DNA of 64,000 nt from an uncultured cyanobacterium (GTDB taxonomy: Bacteria; Cyanobacteriota; Cyanobacteriia; Cyanobacteriales; CAWCAG01): contig CAWCAG010000009.1 in NCBI GenBank assembly GCA_963793425.1, positions 192,001-256,000 of the forward strand. The letters are read 5' to 3'. Made by a program: the position numbers and the translations under genes. The notes below the pieces were generated by a model. The model ran no database searches and was not told the origin of the DNA. It saw only the letters and a program-made list of their open reading frames with translations. Shown piece after piece: positions 44,169 through 54,946 of the stretch. Every line of letters begins with the position of its first letter. Positions within the stretch are counted from its first letter, which is position 1.

Positions 44169-45155
44169 TTAATACGGTTCTAAACATAAATAACCCATCA
44201 AGGCATCAATATTAGATAGCTTACCTGCCTTATTCAAAATTGTCTGAGCTTGTCGAGGAGGCAAAAGAGTCATAATTATAATCTTCCCTAAAACTTTAGC
44301 TAATACTCTAGCCCTTAAAAAAGAAGGGTCATACTTGAGAGTTTGCCAAAGAAATCTTGATGCTATAATACCTTTACTCCTTTGGGAGTCCCCTTGTAGA
44401 GTTCTGTGAACTAATCCTTTATAACGATTAGCAAAAATGTCTCTTCTCAACCTTCGTACCGACTCAGGGGCTTCAGCAAGAGAACGTTTAATTACTCTTA
44501 AACTAGCTACTTCCATTCTTTCTACATTAGAAGACCAAGAACCAGGAGAAACTCGATAAAATATTTGTGGACATTCTACACAAACAAAATGATATTTAGC
44601 AGCTAATCTTAACCACATATCCCAATCTTGAGCAGCCGGAAGAGTTTCATCAAAACCACCAGCTTCAGCGAAAGCTTCCCTAAATATTAAAGGATTAGAA
44701 CCACTTTCAATAAAGTCAATTAATAATAGTTTCGCAAAGACATCACCGTTAGCTGTTTTATAACTACCTCTGCGTATTAACGTTCCCTTTTCATCAACCC
44801 AATTTGTCCAACTATAAGCAACTTTTGCCGAAGCTGAATCTTTTATTGCTTGTAATTGTTTTTCTAGTTTATCTGAACTCCACTGGTCATCCGCATCTAA
44901 AAAAGAAATATATTGCCCACAAGCATGAGAAAAACCACGATTACGGGTTGGATTAGGGCCAGAATTGGGATAGGTGAAAATTTGTATACGTTCATCCTTA
45001 ATACCTTGAACTAAATCAAGAGTAGAGTCAGTCGAACCATCATTAACAATAATTAGTTCCCAATGGGAATAAGTCTGGTTTAAAACTGATTCGATGGTTG
45101 ATTGAATCGTTTGTTCGGCATTATAGGATGGAATAATGACTGATATTAATTGCAT
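44169..45155 (-). CDS. GT2 glycosyltransferase
   Basis: SVIIPSYN, NDGSTD, FLDADD. Confidence 0.9.
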   Translation of the reverse strand: MQLISVIIPSYNAEQTIQSTIESVLNQTYSHWELIIVNDGSTDSTLDLVQGIKDERIQIFTYPNSGPNPTRNRGFSHACGQYISFLDADDQWSSDKLEKQLQAIKDSASAKVAYSWTNWVDEKGTLIRRGSYKTANGDVFAKLLLIDFIESGSNPLIFREAFAEAGGFDETLPAAQDWDMWLRLAAKYHFVCVECPQIFYRVSPGSWSSNVERMEVASLRVIKRSLAEAPESVRRLRRDIFANRYKGLVHRTLQGDSQRSKGIIASRFLWQTLKYDPSFLRARVLAKVLGKIIIMTLLPPRQAQTILNKAGKLSNIDALMGYLCLEPY

Positions 45156-45208
45156 TAATTCAAGCTCCCTGAAATATCAAACTTAGGGAAAACGTACAAA
45201 AGAAATAA

Positions 45209-46171
45209 TTAAACTTTAGATGGTTTTCTGAGCAGTCTTGGCAAAGGATAAAAGACACTCAAAAAACTTCCCCAGAAAAATTCTTTTTGAAAAGCGGGAA
45301 CCAATTCTGTTTGCAAATTCCCTTTATACTTAAGAAAGTAGATAAGAAGACGACGCAAATTGCCTAAGCAAGTTCGCACAAAAATGAAAGGTTTTTGCCA
45401 AGTGCTAGCATTGATAATTCGCAAAGAAAAAGTTGCTAAACCTGTACCGCGAGCTAAATTGAGTAAGTAACTTCTTTCCAAACGTTGGCGAGGTATTTGG
45501 TGATCAATTTGCATCTCAGGGTTGTACCAAATTTGCCAACCTGATTTGTGCATATATAGTAGCAACTCATAATCTTCCCCTGCTACCAAAGTATTCCCAA
45601 CTCTACCAATTAAACTTAAACGATTGGGTACGCTTTCAATCCATGCCTGTTTACGAATTACCAAACCTGCCCCAGGGGGAAGTCTTAGTTTATCTGGTTC
45701 AAATAAATAAGCCTTATAACCTAATTCCCTAATCGCTAAAAATTGTTGTATTTGTTCAAAATTTTGGGGAGGTTCTACTTCAAAGTCACCATGAATTTGA
45801 CCACTACAAGCCCCAGCTTGAGGATGGTTTTCTCCGAATATAAAAGCTGCTTGAATCCAATTAGGAGTAGGTAAATTATCATCATCAAGAAAACCGACAT
45901 ATTTACCTTTAGCTGCTTCAACAGCTTTTTGCCTAGCAAAAGCAAGACCTTGTTGCGACTCAAAACAGTATCTTAAAGGAATAGAATTAGCCCAATTTTC
46001 TTGATACTCCTTAACCACTTCAGCCGTGGAATCGCTGCTATTATTGTCAACAACCAGAATTTCCCAATTCAGTTGTTCTATTCCGGTTTGCAACTTAAGT
46101 TTGTCTAATACTTGAGGTAGACGAGTTGCCCCGTTGTAGGTAGGAATTGCTACAGTAAAATCAACGGACAT
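45209..46171 (-). CDS. hpsE: HpsE-like GT2 glycosyltransferase (hormogonium polysaccharide type)
   Basis: DFTVAIPTYNGATRLP, FLDDDNLP, LPPGAGLVIRKQAW, GEDYE. Confidence 0.75.
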   Translation of the reverse strand: MSVDFTVAIPTYNGATRLPQVLDKLKLQTGIEQLNWEILVVDNNSSDSTAEVVKEYQENWANSIPLRYCFESQQGLAFARQKAVEAAKGKYVGFLDDDNLPTPNWIQAAFIFGENHPQAGACSGQIHGDFEVEPPQNFEQIQQFLAIRELGYKAYLFEPDKLRLPPGAGLVIRKQAWIESVPNRLSLIGRVGNTLVAGEDYELLLYMHKSGWQIWYNPEMQIDHQIPRQRLERSYLLNLARGTGLATFSLRIINASTWQKPFIFVRTCLGNLRRLLIYFLKYKGNLQTELVPAFQKEFFWGSFLSVFYPLPRLLRKPSKV

Positions 46172-46203
46172 AATTGTTAATTTGCTTGGTAGATGGTGAT
46201 ATC

Positions 46204-48867
46204 CTAACTAGGAACCACTTCTGGTTTCACCACCTTAACAGACTCATCCTCTTGCTTGCCAAATGTTAAGCTGTTTTCTGTACAGTCGATGATTACTGTA
46301 TCCCCTTCTACAAAGGTGTTTTCCAATATTTTTGTGGCAATAGGATTTTCTAATTCTTTTTGAATCGCCCTTTTTAAAGGACGGGCCCCATAAACCGGAT
46401 CATAGCCAACATTAACAATATAATCTTGAGCCGCATCAGAAAGTTCTAAGGTTAGTTTTTGATCAGCTAGAAGTTTCTCAATCCGTTTGAGTTGAATAGT
46501 AACAATTTGCCGCAACTCTTTTTTATTAAGGGAATGGAAGATAATTAGATCATCTACTCGATTAATAAATTCTGGGCGAAAGTGTCCTCGCAAGGCTTCA
46601 GTAACTTTTTTGTGAATCTGTTCATAATCAGATGCTTTACCTGTTACTTTGAGGATATGTTCGCTACCAATATTACTAGTCATCACAATAATGGTATTGC
46701 GAAAATCAACGGTTCTACCTTGGGAATCTGTTACCCTGCCGTCGTCAAGGACTTGCAACAAAATGTTAAAAACATCAGCATGAGCCTTTTCTACCTCATC
46801 CAATAGCAACACTGAGTAAGGGCGACGACGGATTGCTTCGGTTAACTGCCCTCCTTCTTCATAACCAACATACCCTGGAGGCGCACCAACCAATCGGGAG
46901 ACAGCGTGTTTCTCCATATACTCAGACATATCAATGCGTACTAAAGCTTCGTCGCTATCAAAGAGAAATTGGGCTAAGGTTCTGGCTAATTCCGTCTTTC
47001 CTACCCCTGTAGGTCCCATGAACAGGAAAGAACCAATGGGACGAGAGGGGTCTTTCATTCCCGCCCTAGCGCGGCGTATAGCGGCTGCTACCGCAGATAC
47101 AGCTTCTTGTTGCCCAATTACTCTTTGGTGCAAATGGCCTTCTAATTGTAATAATTTTTGCCTTTCTGATTCTAAAAGACGATTAACAGGAATCCCTGTC
47201 CACCGGGCCACAATTTCAGCAATATCCCCTTCTGTCACCTCTTCCCGCAACAAAGCTGTACCTTGAGATTGAATATCTAAAAGTTTGCTTTCTTTCTCTT
47301 CTAAAACCCTTTGTATGCCTTCTAAACGCCCGTACTTTAATTGGGCAGCCTTGTTAAGGTCGTAAGCCCTTTCTGCTTGTTCTACTTGTAAGCGAAGCTG
47401 TTCTTCTTCTTCTTTAAGATTCTTAATCTCTTCGAGCATTTGCTTCTCTGATTGCCATTGGGAAGAAAGTTTTTCCTGCTTACCTTGCAACCCGTCAATT
47501 TCCTGTTCAATTTTCTCTAACCGATCTTTAGCTGAACTATAACCTGGGGAAGTTCCCCCTTGTTCTTTTTCCCCTTCCAAAGAGAGTTTTTCCATCTGTA
47601 ATTGCATGATGCGGCGGTCAATTACTTCTAATTCTACGGGTTTAGAAGTAATCTCCATTTTTAACTTCGCCGCCGCTTCATCAACTAAATCAATGGCTTT
47701 GTCGGGTAAGAAGCGATCACTTATATAACGTTGAGAAAGAGTAGCAGCCGCAACTAAAGATGAATCGGTTATTTTCACCCCGTGGTGGACTTCGTAGCGC
47801 TCTTTCAATCCTCTTAAAATAGAGATTGTATCTTCAACCGTAGGTTGCTTGACCAAAACCTGTTGGAAGCGCCTTTCTAGGGCTGGATCTTTTTCAATAT
47901 GCTTGCGATACTCATCTAAAGTAGTTGCCCCGATACACCGCAATTCTCCCCTAGCTAACATCGGTTTCAACAAATTTCCGGCATCCATTGAACCTTGGCT
48001 TGAACCTGTACCGACTACAGTATGAAGTTCATCAATAAAGAGAACAATTTGACCATCAGAATTAGTCACTTCTCGCAAAACTGTCCGTAACCGGGCTTCA
48101 AATTCTCCTCGGTATTTCGCCCCAGCAATGAGACTACCCATATCTAGGGTGATTAGCTGGCGATTCTTCAAAGATTCTGGGACATCACCATTAATAATTC
48201 TTTGTGCCAATCCTTCAGCGATCGCCGTTTTCCCAACTCCCGGCTCCCCAATCAAAACTGGATTATTCTTAGAACGTCGGGACAAAACCTGAACTACCCG
48301 GCGAATTTCTTCATCTCGCCCAATTACCGGGTCAAGTTTACCAGATTTAGCTTGTTCTGTTAAATCCCGGCCAAACTTTTCTAAAGCTTCGTATTTCTCC
48401 TCTTGGTCGGGTTCTGTAACCTTCTGAGAACCCCGTACTTCCTTGATTACCGTTTCTAAATCCTGGGGGTCTAAATTAAACTTCCGCAGTAAAGTACGCC
48501 CAACACGTTCATCTTCAGCAAAGCCCATCAGTAAATGTTCTACGGAAATAAACTTATCTTGCCAACTAACCCTAGAAGCCTCAGCTTTATCTAAAAGAAC
48601 ATCAAGGGCCTTACCTAAATAAAGCTGATCTACATTAGCAAACTGAGCCTGTCTTCCGGTAAATGCTTCTAACTGCTGATTTAACAGGGCTATGTCAATC
48701 TTAGCTTTCTGTAAAATTCCCTGGGACAAACCTTCTTCCTTCAGCAGGCTCAACATTAAATGTTCCACCTCTAACTGCTGATTTTGAAAGCGTCGGGCAA
48801 TTTCTTGAGATTTAACAATCGCTTCCCAAGCTTGGTCGGTAAATTTGCTGTCGTCGGTGGGCTGCAT
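46204..48867 (-). CDS. clpB: ATP-dependent disaggregase ClpB
   Basis: Two AAA+ modules ([16 protein letters not shown]) and a long middle domain. Confidence 0.96.
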   Translation of the reverse strand: MQPTDDSKFTDQAWEAIVKSQEIARRFQNQQLEVEHLMLSLLKEEGLSQGILQKAKIDIALLNQQLEAFTGRQAQFANVDQLYLGKALDVLLDKAEASRVSWQDKFISVEHLLMGFAEDERVGRTLLRKFNLDPQDLETVIKEVRGSQKVTEPDQEEKYEALEKFGRDLTEQAKSGKLDPVIGRDEEIRRVVQVLSRRSKNNPVLIGEPGVGKTAIAEGLAQRIINGDVPESLKNRQLITLDMGSLIAGAKYRGEFEARLRTVLREVTNSDGQIVLFIDELHTVVGTGSSQGSMDAGNLLKPMLARGELRCIGATTLDEYRKHIEKDPALERRFQQVLVKQPTVEDTISILRGLKERYEVHHGVKITDSSLVAAATLSQRYISDRFLPDKAIDLVDEAAAKLKMEITSKPVELEVIDRRIMQLQMEKLSLEGEKEQGGTSPGYSSAKDRLEKIEQEIDGLQGKQEKLSSQWQSEKQMLEEIKNLKEEEEQLRLQVEQAERAYDLNKAAQLKYGRLEGIQRVLEEKESKLLDIQSQGTALLREEVTEGDIAEIVARWTGIPVNRLLESERQKLLQLEGHLHQRVIGQQEAVSAVAAAIRRARAGMKDPSRPIGSFLFMGPTGVGKTELARTLAQFLFDSDEALVRIDMSEYMEKHAVSRLVGAPPGYVGYEEGGQLTEAIRRRPYSVLLLDEVEKAHADVFNILLQVLDDGRVTDSQGRTVDFRNTIIVMTSNIGSEHILKVTGKASDYEQIHKKVTEALRGHFRPEFINRVDDLIIFHSLNKKELRQIVTIQLKRIEKLLADQKLTLELSDAAQDYIVNVGYDPVYGARPLKRAIQKELENPIATKILENTFVEGDTVIIDCTENSLTFGKQEDESVKVVKPEVVPS

Positions 48868-49162
48868 TGGCTAAAGTTATTTCCCAGCAATATCTGTAGT
48901 GGTTATGGAAAACAGTATAGCAAGATGTTATGTTACGGTTCTTCACTTTGGGTTTTTGGCTATAGGCAATAAGGAACAGTGTGATAGGCGATCGCATAAT
49001 GATGCTACACTCCCTTAAATTATCAAGATAGGTGAAGATAAAAAGAGTAAGGTAGTATTTCCATGACGCAAACTCCTGTTCTCACCAATCCTCTCCTAGA
49101 TAAGTGTATTATTCATTATCAAACCAGTTTGGTCTAGAGAATTACCATCAATTCCTACTTCT

Positions 49163-49407
49163 GTAAATGCTGCTGTAAATATAAGGGTCGCGGGGGGACA
49201 CCCTGAGACTCTAAAGCGCACCGAACTCGCGCCGCCGAAAGGCCCAAGGGAACGCGGAGCAAGAAACGGACGTGGAGGTAGGCAGCTATACTACAACTGT
49301 AGCAGCAACCTGTGAAACGTCAACCCAACTAGAACCCGTGCAACTGTCGTTGTTTGGGTAGATAGGGAATCCCCGTACCTTAGCGAATAGGTCGGGGAGG
49401 ATGTCAA
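49163..49407 (+). mobile_element. IS200/IS605 remnant: 3' tail of tnpB with omegaRNA-like scaffold and right end
   Basis: VNAAVNI (RuvC-III tail); GC-rich structured region; GAATCCCCG...CGGGGAGGATGTCAA subterminal hairpin ending in TCAA. Confidence 0.8.
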
Positions 49408-49515
49408 AGAGCTTGATCTGGCTTTGATTGGGGAGTAGAAGGAGGTTTTCTTTAACTCCTTTTGCGGTAATGAAAACTAAGGCTAAAATCAAAGGAAAGA
49501 ACAAAATCTCTTTTT

Positions 49516-49887
49516 ATGGCAGACTTAAGCGGTACTTGGCTCGGTACTTATTGGCAAAGGGGAGTTCCTACTCGTTTTGAATTAACTTTGGTACAAGGTG
49601 GCAATACTTTAAGGGGCAATATTTTGGATGATGGCCCCTTGGGAGAAGCTGCTGTGGTTGGTGAGGTGGTTGGTAGGCGGGTTGATTTCACGAAAAGCTA
49701 TCTGAGCGGTTCTCGTTACTCCATTAGTTATACCGGTACTGTTTCTGAGGATGAAGATTCTCTGGGGGGACAGTGGCAGCTTGACTATTTATCTGGGTCT
49801 TGGGAGGCACATCGCAGCGGGGATAATTTGGTGGCGGATCTTGCTAGTCGTGTGGCGAAAAAAGAACCTGTTTCTCTGGGTTTTTGA
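49516..49887 (+). CDS. Conserved hypothetical beta-rich protein
   Basis: MADLSGTWLGTY..., 123-aa ORF. Confidence 0.7.
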   Translation: MADLSGTWLGTYWQRGVPTRFELTLVQGGNTLRGNILDDGPLGEAAVVGEVVGRRVDFTKSYLSGSRYSISYTGTVSEDEDSLGGQWQLDYLSGSWEAHRSGDNLVADLASRVAKKEPVSLGF

Positions 49888-50014
49888 AGGGTAGCTAATT
49901 GCTAGTGGCTAGTGGCTAGTGGCTAGTTGTTAAAGTCTAAGATTTCAGAGGATCTTTTATTAGTTGGAGTAGTCTAGGAGTATGTCACGACGTTCCACTT
50001 CTGAATAATCGCTC

Positions 50015-50449
50015 CTAAGCTGAATGCCGTATCATCTCCACCTCTGCATAGGTTTCAATCCACAAAGTTGCCCCGCCATCATGAGGCTTATCGAGATTGT
50101 AAATTATGCGGCAAGGCCCTTTAATATCTGCTTCATGAGCGTAAATATTTTTGTAATTACCTTGGTTGAGGCTGATTACTGGCTCAAATTCATTATTCTG
50201 TTTATTTTTGGTAATTACCTGCCTACTAACATAAATAGCTTTCACAGCAGAAGAGTAAGGTTTACCCCAACGAGGAGCGGGGCCTCTTTTGCCACGAGAA
50301 ACTTTGGGTTTACCACGATATAAAGGAATCGTCCAAGCTTTACCGCTTTTGTAAGCTCCTTTGATGCGTTGTTGTTGGAGTAAGTAGAGTACACGCCTGG
50401 GAGTAACCCTTAACATTCGGGCTGCTTTTTTGGTATCGATGAGTTCCAT
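50015..50449 (-). CDS. Excisionase-like (HTH_17) DNA-binding protein with uncharacterised C-terminal domain
   Basis: IDTKKAARMLRVTPRRVLYLLQQQRIKGAYKSGKAWTIP. Confidence 0.65.
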   Translation of the reverse strand: MELIDTKKAARMLRVTPRRVLYLLQQQRIKGAYKSGKAWTIPLYRGKPKVSRGKRGPAPRWGKPYSSAVKAIYVSRQVITKNKQNNEFEPVISLNQGNYKNIYAHEADIKGPCRIIYNLDKPHDGGATLWIETYAEVEMIRHSA

Positions 50450-50522
50450 AATCGAGTTATTAGAAAAAGAACTGTTCTTTATCAAAGATAAAAGAATCCC
50501 AGGACAAAAGTAAATAGTTTTT

Positions 50523-51335
50523 TTAATTAAAAGAAGGGAAAAAGATTTGTAAATAAGCAGAGAGCATAGCTTCGCCCCAAAAGCAAGCTAAAACTCCCCC
50601 TAAAGCAAGGAAAGGGCCAAATGGCATCGGTTGTTTTCTGCTGAGAATACCAAGGGCGATCGCTCCTCCTCCCACAAATGCCCCTAAACCACAGGCGATG
50701 AAACTAGATAGTAATAAGTATTTCCAACCTAGCCAAGCCCCAATAGTAGCGCTGAGTTTAGCATCTCCTGCCCCCATTGCTGTTTGACCAAAAATGATTG
50801 TACCAATCCAGGCGATCGCTTCAAAGAGCCACATACCTAAAACTGCCCCACCAATTCCTACCATAAGTTGGTTAGCAACTCCTGAGATTTCTGAGGTATT
50901 TTGCCAGCCTAATAAGGCCTGAAAAACCAAACCTAAAACTAACCCTGATTGGGTAAGAGAGTTAGGTAAGGTCATGGTATCTAAATCTATTAAGGATAAG
51001 GTTAGTAACCAGCCAACTAAGAACCAATAACCGACTGTTTCCAGGCTAAGACCAAATAAGCTAAATACCAAAAGGAAGATTAGACCTGTAAATGCTTCGA
51101 CGATAGGATAACGAGGAGAAATCTGACTACGACAATGTTTACACTTACCTTTTAGCCACAACCACCCCAAAACCGGAATATTTTCTTTCTTCCCCAATCT
51201 ATTTAAACAATGAGGACAACGAGAAGGAGGCCAAAGAATCGATAAACCAGCGGGTAAGCGATAAACAACTACATTAATAAAGCTACCAATAGCAGCGCCC
51301 AAGGCGAAAACGATTAAGTAAAGGGGAATTGTCAT
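50523..51335 (-). CDS. pilD: Prepilin peptidase/N-methyltransferase
   Basis: GSFINVVVYRLP, two CxxC, LIDLD, MGAGDAKL, PFGPFL. Confidence 0.95.
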   Translation of the reverse strand: MTIPLYLIVFALGAAIGSFINVVVYRLPAGLSILWPPSRCPHCLNRLGKKENIPVLGWLWLKGKCKHCRSQISPRYPIVEAFTGLIFLLVFSLFGLSLETVGYWFLVGWLLTLSLIDLDTMTLPNSLTQSGLVLGLVFQALLGWQNTSEISGVANQLMVGIGGAVLGMWLFEAIAWIGTIIFGQTAMGAGDAKLSATIGAWLGWKYLLLSSFIACGLGAFVGGGAIALGILSRKQPMPFGPFLALGGVLACFWGEAMLSAYLQIFFPSFN

Positions 51336-51425
51336 TTGCTAATGGCTAATGGCTAGTTGCTAGTTGTTTTCTCCCCAGTTCCCCAGCTCCCCAGTTCCCC
51401 AGCTCCCTACTCCCTACTTCCTTCT

Positions 51426-51689
51426 TCAATAATATTCCGACTCAAGCTGATTAAAAGGTACAAAAAACTCTTTGGGCAGTAAAGCTGGTTTGCGGTGAAA
51501 AATTAGGTGTCCTCGGTAGCTGTAACGATCTATCACTACACCGAGAGGTCGCTGAGTTAGGGTGGGATGGACTTCTAAATAAGTATTGTAAACCAGCCGA
51601 GCCGCCCGAATAATCATGGGGTCGATAAAAGCTGACAGATTGTTAGAGTCAGTTTGTTCTTCGAGTCTTTGCCCTGAGATATATACCAC
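51426..51689 (-). CDS. Conserved cyanobacterial hypothetical protein
   Basis: Small ORF between leuB and pilD; RPLGVVI...RGHLIF...LLPKEFFVP. Confidence 0.6.
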   Translation of the reverse strand: MVYISGQRLEEQTDSNNLSAFIDPMIIRAARLVYNTYLEVHPTLTQRPLGVVIDRYSYRGHLIFHRKPALLPKEFFVPFNQLESEYY

Positions 51690-51839
51690 TGGTGTGTCCC
51701 TAAAGTTTTTCCCTCAGCTTTAATTTACCTAGTAGTCTGTCAATTTTCCATTTATGGGTAAAGAATAATCCTCTACTTAAAAAAGTAACCCTCGAACTTA
51801 ATCTCGACTCACTACTAGAAAGGAGCGCTATAGCAACAG

Positions 51840-52919
51840 CTATAAAACTTTTATTAAAGCCTCTCCCATTGCACGACACCCTAGTTGTTCTTTTCCTGGT
51901 GAGGTAATGTCACCTGTACGATAACCTTTGTCAAGAACTTTGGTTACTGCTTGTTCAATTTTATCAGCAGCTTGGGGTTGGTTTAAACCATAGCGTAACA
52001 TCATTGCTGCGCTAAGGATCTGAGCTAAAGGATTAGCTTTGTCTTGACCCGCTATATCTGGCGCGGAACCGTGAACAGGTTCAAAGACTCCTGCCCCATT
52101 TGCCCCTAGACTAGCAGAAGGTAACATCCCAATGCTACCCGTAAGCATGGCAGCCGCGTCAGAAAGGATATCCCCAAATAAGTTACCTGTGACAATGGTA
52201 TCAAACTGTTTAGGCCACCGAAGTAGTTGCATGGCGGCGTTATCAACATAAAGGTGAGATAGTTCTACGTGAGGATAATCTTTGGCTATAGCTATGACGC
52301 GATCGCGCCATAATTGAGATACATCTAGTACGTTAGCTTTGTCAACAGAACATAACTTACCTTGACGTTTTTGGGCAGTTTCAAAGCCGATTTTAGCAAT
52401 ACGATCTACTTCACTTTCTGTATAAGCCATGGTGTTAACCCCTCTTTTTTCCCCAGTTTCTGAGGTGAAAATCCCTTTGGGTTGACCAAAATAAACTCCC
52501 CCAGTAAGCTCCCTCACCACCATAATATCTACCCCTTCTATCACCTCTTTTTTGAGGCTAGAAGCGTCTATAAGTTGGGGCAAAATAGTCGCTGGGCGGA
52601 GATTAGCAAATAAATCTAAACCTGCCCTTAAGCCTAATAATCCTGTTTCTGGCCGTTGTTGCCGAGGTAAGTTGTCCCATTTATAACCACCAATGGCAGC
52701 GAGTAAGACAGCATCACTATTACGGCAAATATTTAAGGTTTCTGCTGGCAAAGGTTCTCCGGTTTCGTCAATTGCAACTCCGCCAATGAGGGCTTCGCTA
52801 AACTTAAACTCTAAATCGAATTCTTGGCCTATAACTTCCAACACCTCTACTGTAACGGTCATTATTTCCGGTCCAATGCCATCGCCGGGGAGTAGGGTAA
52901 TGTTGTAAGTCTCAGTCAT
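51840..52919 (-). CDS. leuB: 3-isopropylmalate dehydrogenase
   Basis: [36 protein letters not shown]. Confidence 0.97.
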   Translation of the reverse strand: MTETYNITLLPGDGIGPEIMTVTVEVLEVIGQEFDLEFKFSEALIGGVAIDETGEPLPAETLNICRNSDAVLLAAIGGYKWDNLPRQQRPETGLLGLRAGLDLFANLRPATILPQLIDASSLKKEVIEGVDIMVVRELTGGVYFGQPKGIFTSETGEKRGVNTMAYTESEVDRIAKIGFETAQKRQGKLCSVDKANVLDVSQLWRDRVIAIAKDYPHVELSHLYVDNAAMQLLRWPKQFDTIVTGNLFGDILSDAAAMLTGSIGMLPSASLGANGAGVFEPVHGSAPDIAGQDKANPLAQILSAAMMLRYGLNQPQAADKIEQAVTKVLDKGYRTGDITSPGKEQLGCRAMGEALIKVL

Positions 52920-53269
52920 GGTTTGTTTAGGGTAGATGTTCAGACTATTTTAATTGTTAATGGCTAATTATTATTAGCTTTAACCTTCCCAAAGCAGGCT
53001 TGAGATGATATTCTTTACTTGGTGGAAAAGGTGCGCTTCTAAAAAGGACTTTTTAAGCAGAATTTCTAGATTATTTCCCCTCAGCAACAAAAAACAGTGC
53101 TTACACAGAGAATAACCATAAACTTAAAGACTAAGCCTCATAGATATTCCGGACTAGATATTCTAAGTTAAGGAAGGGTTAGATAGTTTAAATCACGAGT
53201 ATTCTTATAATAATCAGGGGCATCTTAAGGTAAACCGAATGTACTTTAAGATAAAAATTTAGGTAGGAC

Positions 53270-54275
53270 ATGGGTGATGTAGTTTGGTTACTTGGTTGTT
53301 CTGGGTTGGTCTTTTTAATGCAACCAGGATTCATGTGTTTAGAGTCGGGGTTAACCCGCTCTAAAAATAGCATTAATGTAGCGGTTAAAAACTTAGCTGA
53401 TGTTAGTGTCTCGGTTATTTTATTTTGGGTTTTTGGCTATGCTTTAATGTTTGGGGCTTCTGCTGCGGGTTTTGTAGGTACTGAAGGATTTTTCCTGGAA
53501 ATAGACTCTAGCCCCAAATTAGCAGCCTTCTTTTTATTCCAAGCCATGTTTTGCGGCACTACCACCACCATCGTCTCAGGGGCAGTAGCAGAACGCCTAC
53601 GCTTCAATGCTTATTTAATCATCGCTTTACTTATTTCTGGCATCGTTTATCCCCTTTTTGGTCACTGGGCTTGGAATGGTATAGAGATGGCAAATCCTAC
53701 GGGCTGGTTAGGAAAACTGGGTTTTGTTGATTTTGCTGGTTCAACGGTGGTTCATAGTATTGGTGGTTGGGTATCCCTAGCTGCTTTGTTGGTAATTGGT
53801 CCTCGTAAAGGTCGTTTCAACGCTGGTAAATCCCATAAAATTCATGGTTCCAACCTGCCTTTTTCTGTCTTAGGAGCAATGTTATTGTGGTTAGGCTGGT
53901 TAGGTTTCAACGGTGGTAGCACCTTTGCCCTCAACGAAGAAATTCCCCGATAAATATATCGGCGATGCAATTATGGCTTTATTTAGTACCGAAGCAGACA
54001 ATGCTGTGCAAGCCGCTATTGCCATGTTAGAAACCCTAAAAGATTATAACCAAACCAGACAAAGACCTGATAGAAAACCTTTGAAAATCGGTATTGGCAT
54101 CAATACAGGGTCTTTAATGATTGGTACAGTGGGGGGAGCAAAACGTATGGATAGTACGGTGATTAGTGATGCGGTTAATCTTGCTTCTCGCATCGAAGGC
54201 TTGACAAAAAATTATGGCGTATCTCTATTAATTTCTCAACAAACTTTACTACGCTTAAATAATCCTAGTCAATGA
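53270..54275 (+). pseudogene. amt: Internally deleted ammonium transporter - class III nucleotide cyclase fusion
   Basis: Amt N-terminal half (FLMQPGF, DFAGSTVVH, WLGFNGGS) abuts, out of frame at about 53948, a cyclase core lacking its first strand (DKYIGDAIMALF, GIGINTG, DAVNLASRIEGL). Confidence 0.75.
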
Positions 54276-54393
54276 GTAGGGTTTGAAAACTTATATTCGG
54301 TCGATTTTATCAAGGTACTTTATGAACCGGATTTGGTATTATAAGGCGATCGCAAATTAGATGATGCGATCGCCCCATTAAAGAACAATAGTA

Positions 54394-54711
54394 TTAGTTA
54401 GTTGCTTTTTGACCAGCCCCCCCAGGAGATTTAGTTTTGGCAAAATTAGGAACCATCTCTTCTTCTTCTAAGGGTGCGAACTCAATATGATTGAGTAAGG
54501 TTGTCACAAAAGCAAAGACGAGGAAGGGTAGAGATAATACCAAAATAATCCCTACAGTGGCTAAGGCAAAGATTTGACGAGTGCTACTCCACAGGGCAAG
54601 AGTTGTGGCTAGGGTAAGGAAAATGACGATTAACCAGACAATAATTTGTCCATAAACGTCGCCGAAGCTTAAGGTGCAGATCAAGCGGTACTTAGGAAAT
54701 TCGTTGTCCAT
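54394..54711 (-). CDS. Conserved cyanobacterial small membrane protein
   Basis: KYRLICTLSFGDVYGQIIVWL; two TMs. Confidence 0.7.
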   Translation of the reverse strand: MDNEFPKYRLICTLSFGDVYGQIIVWLIVIFLTLATTLALWSSTRQIFALATVGIILVLSLPFLVFAFVTTLLNHIEFAPLEEEEMVPNFAKTKSPGGAGQKATN

Positions 54712-54819
54712 AGCTTAATTACTTAACTTTCTTTCTAATTTTGACATTAAGTCATTGAAGAGGTTTCTTGAGAATATCTAAAGGTTTTCTCAAAAAGTTG
54801 CTATGACATAATTAAAAAA

Positions 54820-54906
54820 CGGAGAGGGAGGGATTCGAACCCTCGACACCCTTACAGGTGTAGCAGTTTTCGAGACTGCCGCATTCAACCGCTCTGCCAC
54901 CTCTCC
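54820..54906 (-). tRNA. tRNA-Ser(CGA)
   Basis: GGAGAGG acceptor stem; GCAGT-CT-CGA-AA-ACTGC anticodon arm; long variable arm; GGTTCGAATCC; no encoded CCA. Confidence 0.97.
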
Positions 54907-54946
54907 AAAGATGTTTAGGTTAATAACATCTTACCTCTTCTTTTAC

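Noticed and set aside
49286..49504. 72-aa minus-strand ORF
   Set aside because: Antisense to the IS605 right end; no recognisable protein features.
53224..53250. NtcA site upstream of amt
   Set aside because: The palindrome is GTA-N9-TAC rather than GTA-N8-TAC; not supportable.
54820..54906. tRNA-Ser as an island integration site
   Set aside because: No duplicated tRNA 3' end or integrase seen; the flanks look like core genes.
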